From a virus (Duplodnaviria > Caudoviricetes), in the IMG/VR virus record IMGVR_UViG_3300042109_000062, positions 1 to 34,225 of that record: DNA of 34,225 nucleotides; one strand, written 5' to 3'. Positions within the stretch are counted from its first letter, which is position 1, and each line of letters opens with the position of its first letter. The notes beneath the pieces are model-generated. The model was not told the DNA's origin. It made no database searches and saw nothing but the letters and a program-made list of their open reading frames with translations. Both the position numbers and the translations under genes were made by a program. Shown here in pieces: positions 25,811 to 33,110 of this stretch.

Positions 25811-26011
25811 GGCGAGCCCAGCCATGTTGCGAGCCTGTCGCAGAATCTCGTCGTGTAGTGCCCGCTCGTTTTCCCACGCCACCTTCCAACCATCACGCTC
25901 AATCCGCAACCGCTCGATCTCGCCAGCCGCCTCCGCGAGCAGCGCCGAGCGGTCCAGCGCACGGCACGCTTTGACGCTCTCGCGGAGACGCTGGACAAGG
26001 TCGTCGCTCAT
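25808..26011 (-). CDS. Hypothetical protein (67 aa)
   Basis: MSDDLVQRLR...EAAGEIERLR pattern, common in small phage early proteins. ATGA overlap. Confidence 0.7.
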   Translation of the reverse strand: MSDDLVQRLRESVKACRALDRSALLAEAAGEIERLRIERDGWKVAWENERALHDEILRQARNMAGLA

Positions 26012-26394
26012 GACCTGGCCCCTTGCGGCAAGTATTCGCCTCGACGCCACGCACTCACCTTGCCGATGGTCGTGTTGTCTCTCTCGCACCGCCGCTGCTC
26101 GTAGTGCCGCTCGCGACACTCTCGTGCTCGGGCTTCCACCCAAGGCGACAACGCCAAACTATCCAGCGACGCCGCGTCATCCTCTGGCGACGGCGGCGGC
26201 GGCTCCTGCGAGACAGGCACGTAGTCAATCTTCCGCCTCGGCAGCTGATACCGCTGAGCCCAGGTGTAAATCGTGCTTGTTGACACCTTGAACCGCACAG
26301 CGATCTCCGCTTTTGTGCGACCCTCTGCCCACATCGCAAACAACGTCGCCACGTCGCCGCCAGTGTGGTGATTCATCTTCGACTTCGCAGGCAT
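26008..26394 (-). CDS. HTH protein (GcrA-like N-terminus)
   Basis: LFAMWAEGRTKAEIAVRFKVSTSTIYTWAQRYQLPRR. TGATG overlap with dnaN. Confidence 0.72.
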   Translation of the reverse strand: MPAKSKMNHHTGGDVATLFAMWAEGRTKAEIAVRFKVSTSTIYTWAQRYQLPRRKIDYVPVSQEPPPPSPEDDAASLDSLALSPWVEARARECRERHYEQRRCERDNTTIGKVSAWRRGEYLPQGARS

Positions 26395-27497
26395 CAAGCG
26401 TCCTCCGACAGCGGCATGATGACGCCACGGTACTCGCCGCACGTTATCGTCACAGCGCCGCCGGGCTCGGTCGTGTGAATCGACACGTTCGGCTCCTCGT
26501 CGCTCGGCACGCCGTGCAGGTACTCAATCACGAATCGAGGATCCATCTTGACTCTGCAAGGCGTCCCGGCCTGCACCACGTCGCACTTGACCTTTGACTC
26601 GCCGTACTCAGACGACTTGCCAGTGAGCACGAGCGACTCGCCGAAGTCGTAGAGCACACCCCTTGACTGCTCGCTTGTGACGACGCCGGCCGCCCTGGTC
26701 GCAGCCAAGAGTTCGCCACGGTCTACCGCGTGCGGCTCAGTGCTCGCCTCGGGGAACACGTCGCGCCAGCGTGGGAACTTGCCATCTAGCAGGCGGGCGG
26801 TCAGCACGCCTCCGTCGAACGTAAGCACCACGTCCGACTCGGTCGCCTCGATCTGCACCGAGCCCTCGCTGCGCTCTGCGAGCGTGGCTGCGAATCGCAT
26901 GGCCACTGCTGGCACCAGCGTCTGCGAGTTGTCCACCGCCTGGTCAGTCTCGGTCTGCACCGCAGACAGACGCCGGCCATCGGTGGCCACAAACGTAGGG
27001 TCGCCGCCGGTCACGTCAATGAGCACCGCGCCGAGGGCGTAGCGGCTCGACTCGCTGTCGCATGCGTACGACACGGCGCGAACCGCTCGCACGAACTGGT
27101 CGGCCGGCAGGCGGCAGATAGGCGTCGCACCAGCGGTCTCCCAAACCGGGAACTTGGCAGCGTCCTCGGTGGGCAAATCCCACCTGCCCCGTCCGCACTT
27201 GATCGTGACTGCACCAGCCTTTGGCGTGAGCGTCACGCTGTCGCCATGGCTGCACGTCCGCAGGATGGCCAGTAGCCGCTCGGCCGGCAGCAGCATCGGC
27301 TCGCACATCTCGCCAATCTCGCGGTCAATGCGGATCTCGAGGTTGGTCCCCGTGATGAGCCCGTCGCCGATGCGGACGTTGCCCAGGATCGGCTTCGCTC
27401 CGCGGCTCGACACGACCCTCGTCACGTCCTGCAGTGCCGCCAGCAGCGTGCCGGCCTGCATGGTCAATCCCGTTCTTTCCCTAGTTGCTGTCGCCAT
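26394..27497 (-). CDS. dnaN: DNA polymerase III beta sliding clamp homolog
   Basis: 367 aa. KPILGNV, TGTNLE, SSRYALGAV, VATDGRRL, RLLDGKFPRWRDVFP and VIMPL motifs. Confidence 0.93.
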   Translation of the reverse strand: MATATRERTGLTMQAGTLLAALQDVTRVVSSRGAKPILGNVRIGDGLITGTNLEIRIDREIGEMCEPMLLPAERLLAILRTCSHGDSVTLTPKAGAVTIKCGRGRWDLPTEDAAKFPVWETAGATPICRLPADQFVRAVRAVSYACDSESSRYALGAVLIDVTGGDPTFVATDGRRLSAVQTETDQAVDNSQTLVPAVAMRFAATLAERSEGSVQIEATESDVVLTFDGGVLTARLLDGKFPRWRDVFPEASTEPHAVDRGELLAATRAAGVVTSEQSRGVLYDFGESLVLTGKSSEYGESKVKCDVVQAGTPCRVKMDPRFVIEYLHGVPSDEEPNVSIHTTEPGGAVTITCGEYRGVIMPLSEDA

Positions 27498-27606
27498 TCC
27501 GTGGCTCCTTCTTTGCGAGTGTCATCCCAACCAAGATGCCAAGCACGAACGTCGCACCCAGCAATGTTTCGCCAATCGAAATCCAGACGAAGTCAACGAC
27601 GTTCAT
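27481..27606 (-). CDS. Small single-TM protein (41 aa)
   Basis: Translated by hand: MNVVDFVWISIGETLLGATFVLGILVGMTLAKKEPRNGDSN. Fills the gap with an ATGA overlap. Confidence 0.6.
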   Translation of the reverse strand: MNVVDFVWISIGETLLGATFVLGILVGMTLAKKEPRNGDSN

Positions 27607-27866
27607 AGAGATGCCCCCGGATCGTCCTCGTCGTCCGCCAACAGCGGCCAGTCACGCGGCTGCGTCCTGGCTTCTATTTGCTCGAAATAGCACGCCTGAC
27701 GCACCAGCCGGTCCTGCAGCTGCAGGATGGCGTCGGCAGCCTCAAGTGCCGTCCGCTGATTGCGGCGGATCTCTTTCCGCATTGCACGGTACGAAGGATT
27801 ACGGCACGCCATGTCGCAGCAGAGTGCAAACTCACGCAGACGGGACACGATTACGTCAGGCGCCAT
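27603..27866 (-). CDS. Hypothetical protein (87 aa)
   Basis: IVSRLR...LEAADAI pattern. Overlaps both neighbours. Confidence 0.65.
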   Translation of the reverse strand: MAPDVIVSRLREFALCCDMACRNPSYRAMRKEIRRNQRTALEAADAILQLQDRLVRQACYFEQIEARTQPRDWPLLADDEDDPGASL

Positions 27867-28083
27867 AGATCACCTTGATGTTTCGAGTCTTGCCTGGCTC
27901 GCGGCTTATCCATCCCTTTTTCTCAAGAGCGTCAAGGTGGACGGTTGCGGCGTGCGGAGACTTCGCACCGATGGCGGCGGCGATCTGCCTGACGGTCGGC
28001 GAGTACAGGGCCATGTTTGCCCGGATGAAGTCCAGCACCTCTTGCTGGCGAGCGGTCAGCCGCTCCTTGGCAATCTGCGTCAT
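27856..28083 (-). CDS. LexA-type N-terminal DNA-binding domain protein (no peptidase domain)
   Basis: LTARQQEVLDFI...SPTVRQIAAAIGAKSP...HLDALEKKGWISREPGKTRNI, 75 aa. Confidence 0.9.
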   Translation of the reverse strand: MTQIAKERLTARQQEVLDFIRANMALYSPTVRQIAAAIGAKSPHAATVHLDALEKKGWISREPGKTRNIKVIYGA

Positions 28084-28976
28084 AGATCCTCCTCCTTGAG
28101 TTTCACGGCCTCTGCAAGCGCCACGACTTCGTGCGGCCGACGGTATGGTGCCGGCCGGTACTGCGAAAACTCTTTCGCCTTTCGATCCAGCAACTGCCGC
28201 TTAGCCACGTCCTCTGGCGTCTTGCCTGCTGACCTGTTGGTGCCGCCCTTGTCCTGCGAGCGAGTCAGCCAGGCCACAAAGAACCGACGCCAGTTTGATT
28301 TCTTGGCTCTTGTGGGATTTCCACGCAGCCATTCGGTAGCCCGCAGAAGCTCTATGTCCACGACGCACGCCGGGTACGCCTCAGCCCACGTCTTTCGGTC
28401 TGCGTCAGAAATCCCCTGCCATCCAGCATCCAAAGTCCAGCGGATCGGCTCGTGGTGCTGCGAGCGTTTCCGACGCTTCGGCGGATCGCTCGTAGCAACA
28501 ACCGGCGCAGCCGGTTGAATAATTTCTCCGTCAGGAGAAATGCCTGCATTTGACGTTGACGTTGACGTTGACGTTGGATGGCATCCGTTTGCTGTGCGTT
28601 TGCTATGCGTTTGCCGTGCGTTTGCTATGCGCGACGCATCACCGCACCACCGCCCAGACGCCGCAGACTTCGCAGCCTGCGATCGCTTCTCTCGGATCTC
28701 GACGCACCGGCAGCGGTGCTCCTCAAGCTTGGCGTTCCGCCTTGTGCCGTCTTCGCAGGCCGGGAACTTCTCCGACAGGACGTTCCAGCATTTGCCGACG
28801 CCAGCAGACAGCCTCTCGAGGTCGGCCAGGTCAGCCGGAAGACAGCCTCTGTCCCACTGGATCATCAGTAGAGTCAGGTAGTGGCCTCGTTCCTCAGCAG
28901 TCCAGCCAATGGTGCTGGTAAGGAAATCACGAACGTACAGCGGGAGGTAAACGTCCACGCGAGTGTCAGCGGGCAT
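28080..28976 (-). CDS. Replication initiator-like protein (DUF1376/YdaU family N-terminus)
   Basis: YLPLYVRDFL..T...TAEERGHYLTLLMIQW...LP. TS-repeat linker. C-terminal KSNWRRFFVAWL. Internal iterons. Confidence 0.82.
   Translation of the reverse strand: MPADTRVDVYLPLYVRDFLTSTIGWTAEERGHYLTLLMIQWDRGCLPADLADLERLSAGVGKCWNVLSEKFPACEDGTRRNAKLEEHRCRCVEIREKRSQAAKSAASGRWCGDASRIANARQTHSKRTANGCHPTSTSTSTSNAGISPDGEIIQPAAPVVATSDPPKRRKRSQHHEPIRWTLDAGWQGISDADRKTWAEAYPACVVDIELLRATEWLRGNPTRAKKSNWRRFFVAWLTRSQDKGGTNRSAGKTPEDVAKRQLLDRKAKEFSQYRPAPYRRPHEVVALAEAVKLKEEDL
28588..28631. repeat. Four tandem 11-bp repeats TTTGCYRTGCG (probable origin iterons)
   Basis: TTTGCTGTGCG TTTGCTATGCG TTTGCCGTGCG TTTGCTATGCG inside the initiator gene. 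Confidence 0.75.
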
Positions 28977-29187
28977 TGGAAGCCTCACGGGCCTGTAATT
29001 CCTTTTGCCACTGCACGGCCTCTGCGGCCTGCTTCACAAGCTCAACGTGATGCCGGCCTATAGCGTTCGACGCTTCATACAACGCGCGGCTCGACTCAAT
29101 CGACCGACCGTCCTCAGCCGCCATGTCGTTCAGCATCTTTCGGATCAGACGCATGAGCGTCTGCGTAAAAGCCGGTGGCTTTGTCAT
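28966..29187 (-). CDS. Hypothetical protein (73 aa)
   Basis: AAGGAG SD. Overlaps the initiator start. Confidence 0.65.
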   Translation of the reverse strand: MTKPPAFTQTLMRLIRKMLNDMAAEDGRSIESSRALYEASNAIGRHHVELVKQAAEAVQWQKELQAREASNAR

Positions 29188-29257
29188 CTCGGACTCCTTT
29201 CCATTCCGCCCCGCTGCGTCGAAGCGGCATCGTGCCTATCACGAGGGCGGCGTCGAT

Positions 29258-30025
29258 CTACTCAACAGCCAGCTCTCGCTTCTCCCGAAGCCCAGCGTTG
29301 TAGAACTTCAGCAAGCCATGCGCGATCGCCGCCGGGCGTGTGGAACTACTAATGAGCTTTCTCACGCCAGACGCAAACCGAAGAACGTCAGCGACGGTTT
29401 TTGTGCGAAGTTTCTTGACAAGCCTTGTGCGGTCAATGTCTTCGCACTTGTGAAGAAACAGGCTCATGCCGTCCACGATGTCGCCGCGAAGAGCGTCATC
29501 CTCGCCGCCCCAGCAATCGCAAAGAATCCGCAACGTGTCGATGACGTGCTGGGTGCCACCACGACTGTACGACCGCTGCACGCTGCGTACGCACTTGATC
29601 CAAGGCCAGACGCCACCCTTGCCGCCATCAAGTCGGATCTTGAGCCCAAGCGAGTGAACAGCGTTCTGTATCGCCACGGCTTCTTCGTCGCCCTCTGCAA
29701 GGAGAGCCTTGAACAAAGCCACTGCGTTGACGTTCGCCCTGTCCTTGTTCACCTTGCGAAAGACGGCGGCTTCGTGCTGGGGTCCGCTTGAATCAAAGAT
29801 GCGGCACGGCACTTTGTTCCGGCCGATCTTTCTCGCAGCCGAAAGACGCTGTAGTCCGTCAACAACCCAATACGTCCCATCAGGCCGCTTGCCTACAAGC
29901 AGCGAGCCAAACGCATCATCATCGAATCGCTTGGCGATCCTGTTAATCTGATAGCCGATCATTGTCCGCTGGTAGGCGTCTGCGATATTCAGAACATCCA
30001 CCGCAAGTTGCCTCTGGTCTGCCAT
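29258..30025 (-). CDS. ParB/Srx-like domain protein (DUF6551-like)
   Basis: YQR...IAKRFD..AFGSLLV..R.DG.YWVVDGLQRLSAA...EAAVF..VN. Confidence 0.75.
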   Translation of the reverse strand: MADQRQLAVDVLNIADAYQRTMIGYQINRIAKRFDDDAFGSLLVGKRPDGTYWVVDGLQRLSAARKIGRNKVPCRIFDSSGPQHEAAVFRKVNKDRANVNAVALFKALLAEGDEEAVAIQNAVHSLGLKIRLDGGKGGVWPWIKCVRSVQRSYSRGGTQHVIDTLRILCDCWGGEDDALRGDIVDGMSLFLHKCEDIDRTRLVKKLRTKTVADVLRFASGVRKLISSSTRPAAIAHGLLKFYNAGLREKRELAVE

Positions 30026-30071
30026 TGCGTCACCCTTTCACTAGTGTCCTTTCACCATCCTCGGCCGCACG

Positions 30072-30416
30072 TCACCGCGACGCCGCCGTTACTTTCCACA
30101 CGCTCGCCATCCGCCCACTCGCCGTCCGCCTGGTCCCGCACTCCACCACCAACCCGCGCCGCACGAGCTCGATCCGCCGTGGCCGCTGCGTTGACGGGTT
30201 CATCCCCAGCCGTCGCTGCATCTCCTCGTCGGTAAGTCCACCTGGAGTCGCCGCCAGGAGCTCGAGCACACGCCGCTGCATAGCGTTCAGCGTCGGCGCG
30301 TCGAGCGAGTCAGCCGCAGCTGCCGATGTCGCGCTGCCGCGCACGGCCGGGGGGCGTTGTGCGAAGAGCGGTAGGTCGGCGACGCGAGACACAACGTCGA
30401 GGTAGTAGTCGCTCAT
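30072..30416 (-). CDS. Winged-helix DNA-binding protein
   Basis: TSAAAA...RVLELL...GLTDEEM..RLGM..STQRPRRIELV.RGLV...R.TASGR.A.VW. AAGGA SD. Confidence 0.78.
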   Translation of the reverse strand: MSDYYLDVVSRVADLPLFAQRPPAVRGSATSAAAADSLDAPTLNAMQRRVLELLAATPGGLTDEEMQRRLGMNPSTQRPRRIELVRRGLVVECGTRRTASGRMASVWKVTAASR

Positions 30417-30523
30417 GGAATCCTTTCCGTGTATTGGCCCGTGTCGCTGTGCTGCGCCGGTGGTTACTCGCCACTCCCGGTGGGCGGCCAATGCGGCTCT
30501 ATGGCCGCTGCCAATGGCGTGGC

Positions 30524-30763
30524 CTAGTACCCGCTCCGATCTAGATAGGCGTCCTCTTGCTCCGTGGTCCGCTTCGTGCCAGGCCGCAGCCTGACGGGCG
30601 GCAGACTTCTCCACCGTCTGCGGTTCTCTGCCTCAAGCCGTCGCTGCTCAATCGCCTCGGAGCATTTCTCGGCCGCAATCTCGCCGTCGATCTCGTCGAT
30701 GTACCGCCGCCACTCGTGGCGGTTACGCTGCGGGTCGTCGCTGAAATGCACAGGCGTGCTCAT
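30524..30763 (-). CDS. Hypothetical protein (79 aa)
   Basis: ATGA overlap with the recT stop. Confidence 0.65.
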   Translation of the reverse strand: MSTPVHFSDDPQRNRHEWRRYIDEIDGEIAAEKCSEAIEQRRLEAENRRRWRSLPPVRLRPGTKRTTEQEDAYLDRSGY

Positions 30764-31599
30764 GCCGTCACCTCGTGCTCAGCGGCCTCGTGGGCAAAGT
30801 CCGTTCCGCTGTCGCTCGACTCAATCAGCATCTCGGCGCGGTGCCGCATCAGGGCAACAAGCTCGTCGTGCTCAGCCGGCGTGAAGATGCCTTCGCCGAG
30901 CCGGCGATCAACGAGCCGGCGTAGCGTGTCGAGCCCGTCGATGGTGTCGGCCTTGCTGACCGCCAGGCGGGCCTTGCCCATCGGGTCTTCAGCCGTCTTC
31001 GGCGGATCTGCCGGCTTCACCACGCCCTCGAGCTTCGGCCGGATGACAACCGGCTCGCGAGCCGGCTCGTAGTCCTGAGCCTCCTCGGCTGTCACCAAGC
31101 CCTTGAGCACGTCGGGGAAGGCGTCACGCAGGGCGAAGCCACGGGCACGCAGTTGCAGCATCCGCTTGGGGTACTGCGTCCACGGGCCAGCCTTGCCCCA
31201 GAGTCCGGCCTTTTTGGCGTCGGCCACGCTGAACCGAGCCACCGTTGGATTCTCATAGCCACGCCGCTTGGCCTGGCACGTCGCCACCATTGAGTCGCCG
31301 TCGCCCTCGATAGACTCGCGGACGTGCTCACAGACGGGCGATCCCATGACGAGGGCCAGCGCTGCGTCTCCCCACACGCTCGGCCGCCCGTTGATGCAGG
31401 CAATGCTCTGCAGGCTCTGCATCGGAGACAGCCCCACCTCGCTTCCGTGCTGAATAGCCAACAAGCAGGATTCCGGCTTGTTCTTGAAGTCCTTTGGAGC
31501 GAAGTCGCTGGCAGCCACCATCTTGGCGAACCGGTATGCGTCATCGAACGATTGGAGGGCAAGTCCGCCTGCCGGTTGCGTGCTGATTTCTGTGGTCAT
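30760..31599 (-). CDS. recT: RecT-family single-strand annealing protein
   Basis: AIQHGSEVGLSPMQSLQSIACINGRPSVWGD, AKKAGLW.K.GPW.QYPKRML..RARGFALRDAFPDVL.G motifs. Confidence 0.85.
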   Translation of the reverse strand: MTTEISTQPAGGLALQSFDDAYRFAKMVAASDFAPKDFKNKPESCLLAIQHGSEVGLSPMQSLQSIACINGRPSVWGDAALALVMGSPVCEHVRESIEGDGDSMVATCQAKRRGYENPTVARFSVADAKKAGLWGKAGPWTQYPKRMLQLRARGFALRDAFPDVLKGLVTAEEAQDYEPAREPVVIRPKLEGVVKPADPPKTAEDPMGKARLAVSKADTIDGLDTLRRLVDRRLGEGIFTPAEHDELVALMRHRAEMLIESSDSGTDFAHEAAEHEVTA

Positions 31600-31733
31600 C
31601 GCGTCCCTTTCTGCGTTGTGGAAAATGGCCCGCTCGGCGTCATGCTCTGCGGGTGGTGTTGCGTCCTTGCTGCTGCGGTTCCACCGCACTCCTTCCGGCA
31701 ACTAGCTCCGCTGGCTGCCGGTCCTGTGTGCCT

Positions 31734-31964
31734 TTAGTGCGTCACGTCGCCAGCCGACACGGACAGCCACGCCCCTGGCATCTCAATGCTCAGCCGGTCG
31801 CCGTCGATGGCGAAGATCCGGCCCGACCACCGCGTGCCGGCGGTGCAGCCGCTGACGAAGTCGCCAATGGCGTAGGTGCGAGGCGAAACCGTCTGCTCGT
31901 GCAGGCAGCTCGCGGCGGCGAGGTACTCGTTTTCGTGGGGGCTGCTGTCGTTCGTGGCAATCAT
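31734..31964 (-). CDS. Hypothetical protein with SH3-like C-terminal barrel (76 aa)
   Basis: AAGGAG SD. YAIGDFVSG...WSGRIFAIDGDRLSIE. Confidence 0.65.
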   Translation of the reverse strand: MIATNDSSPHENEYLAAASCLHEQTVSPRTYAIGDFVSGCTAGTRWSGRIFAIDGDRLSIEMPGAWLSVSAGDVTH

Positions 31965-31992
31965 CGGGGCTTCTCCTTCGTGTAAGGGGCGC

Positions 31993-32020
31993 AGTGTACG
32001 CCCGTTCATCGGTCAGTCAA
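31993..32020 (-). promoter_or_regulatory. Sigma70-like promoter TTGACT-N16-TACACT
   Basis: Near-consensus -35/-10 upstream of the early operon. Confidence 0.65.
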
Positions 32021-32116
32021 ACCATTTTTGCGTGCGTGGCGCACGGCAAAAACGACAAGTAGGGGAGTGGAATTGGCGCACAGTAGTGGGTGGCGGTAGC
32101 GGTAAACATGGCGAGC

Positions 32117-32144
32117 AGGATACCGATAGCGGTAAAAGTGTCAA
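32117..32144 (-). promoter_or_regulatory. Sigma70-like promoter TTGACA-N16-TATCCT with operator TACCG-N4-CGGTA (32121-32134)
   Basis: Consensus -35, with the palindromic operator overlapping the spacer and -10. Confidence 0.72.
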
Positions 32145-32284
32145 CCAAGAATCCGCCACGGCATGGCGGCCAGCAGTTCGAGCAAGTCGTGAAGGGCTCG
32201 AGCCGCTGGCGAATCGGTGCCGAGCTCCTGGCCGATGCGGACAAGCACCAGGGCTGGGAGCAGGTCGTTGAGGTGGCGTGTCAC
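32141..32284 (-). CDS. Small hypothetical protein (47 aa)
   Basis: Translated by hand: MTRHLNDLLPALVLVRIGQELGTDSPAARALHDLLELLAAMPWRILG. GTGA overlap with the upstream stop. Confidence 0.55.
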   Translation of the reverse strand: MTRHLNDLLPALVLVRIGQELGTDSPAARALHDLLELLAAMPWRILG

Positions 32285-32553
32285 GTTGCGGCCCCCATCT
32301 GGCAGGCGGTTTCGATCATGCAGCGAATGGCCTCGGTCTTGTAAGACTTGACGGCAGCGTCAAGGCTGGCGAACCGCTTGCCCATTCCACGCCAGGCGCG
32401 GTTCATGGCGTTCTGAATCACAACTTGCACGTAGTTCGTCGCACCACGGCAAACGATCACGAGGGCGGCGTGCTTGCCACACTGCATTTCGACGTAAAGG
32501 TATTCGTTGCCAAGGGCGGTCTGGCGGCTGGTGTCGAGAATGTTGATGTCCAT
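32281..32553 (-). CDS. Hypothetical early protein (90 aa; alternative leaderless start at 32598)
   Basis: GGAGA SD before ATG 32553. First gene after a strong promoter. Confidence 0.7.
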   Translation of the reverse strand: MDINILDTSRQTALGNEYLYVEMQCGKHAALVIVCRGATNYVQVVIQNAMNRAWRGMGKRFASLDAAVKSYKTEAIRCMIETACQMGAAT

Positions 32554-32604
32554 CGTTTCGTCTCCAGGCTTAAGTGTCGCGGCCCCGTGCCGCGTCATGC
32601 CACT

Positions 32605-32632
32605 AGTTTACCGGTATCGGTAAAGATGTCAA
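32605..32632 (-). promoter_or_regulatory. Sigma70-like promoter TTGACA-N16-TAAACT with operator TTTACCG-N4-CGGTAAA (32607-32624)
   Basis: Consensus -35 and palindromic operator. Confidence 0.75.
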
Positions 32633-32675
32633 CAGGGGATGAAAGATTTTTTGGAAACCCTGAAAACGCCGGTAG

Positions 32676-32939
32676 TTAGCGGACTTTCCGGCGGCTGGCG
32701 GCCTTTTTCGGCTTTGCCTCGGCCTTTTTCTCAGCCTTGCGGACGTTGGAGTGCGGGGCAAGTTCTTTCCGCAAGGCATGGCAGCCCTCGACGCTGACCA
32801 TCCACGCTCGCTCGTTGGCCTTAAAGCCTGCCAATCGCCCCTCGCGGAGCCGTAGGCGGATAAGCCCATCAGTGCAGCCGACAATCCCTACGGCCTCCTC
32901 GACGCTGCACCACTTCCCGTCAGGTGTCATTGCAACCAT
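32676..32939 (-). CDS. Excisionase/MerR-like HTH protein (candidate repressor or Xis)
   Basis: WCSVEEAVGIVGCTDGLIRLRLREGRLAGFK....WMV, with a basic tail. Divergent from the integrase. Confidence 0.8.
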   Translation of the reverse strand: MVAMTPDGKWCSVEEAVGIVGCTDGLIRLRLREGRLAGFKANERAWMVSVEGCHALRKELAPHSNVRKAEKKAEAKPKKAASRRKVR

Positions 32940-32945
32940 GCTCCA

Positions 32946-32973
32946 ACTCTACCGCAGCCGGTAGACGTGTCAA
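32946..32973 (-). promoter_or_regulatory. Sigma70-like promoter TTGACA-N16-TAGAGT with operator TCTACCG-N4-CGGTAGA (32948-32965)
   Basis: The ATG of the HTH gene is 6 nt after the -10 (leaderless arrangement). Confidence 0.72.
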
Positions 32974-33030
32974 ACCGCCCAATCGTTGCCACCGCTACGG
33001 CTGTCGCCGTATAGTGGTGTACGCAATCTC

Positions 33031-33048
33031 TAGTGGAGGCGAGGGGAG
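33031..33048 (-). other. Candidate attP core matching the 3' end of tmRNA (or tRNA-Ala)
   Basis: Minus strand CT-CCCCT-CGCCTCC-A-CTA = end of T-loop, T-stem, acceptor strand with U70 and discriminator A. Adjacent to the integrase. Confidence 0.65.
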
Positions 33049-33110
33049 ATGTACTTTTGTACAGTAGTGTACGGTAGACGGCATGGATGCCATGAGAGGA
33101 GACAGCCACC

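Noticed and set aside
28552-28575. GACGTT x4 as a contingency microsatellite
   Set aside because: In-frame hexamer encoding the Thr-Ser linker common in phage replication initiators.
29206-29250. Hammerhead ribozyme
   Set aside because: Three-way junction present, but the CUGANGA and GAAA core motifs are absent.
33031-33048. tRNA or tmRNA gene
   Set aside because: Only the 3' 18 nt are present. There is no TTCGA loop or 5' half, so it is treated as an att core.
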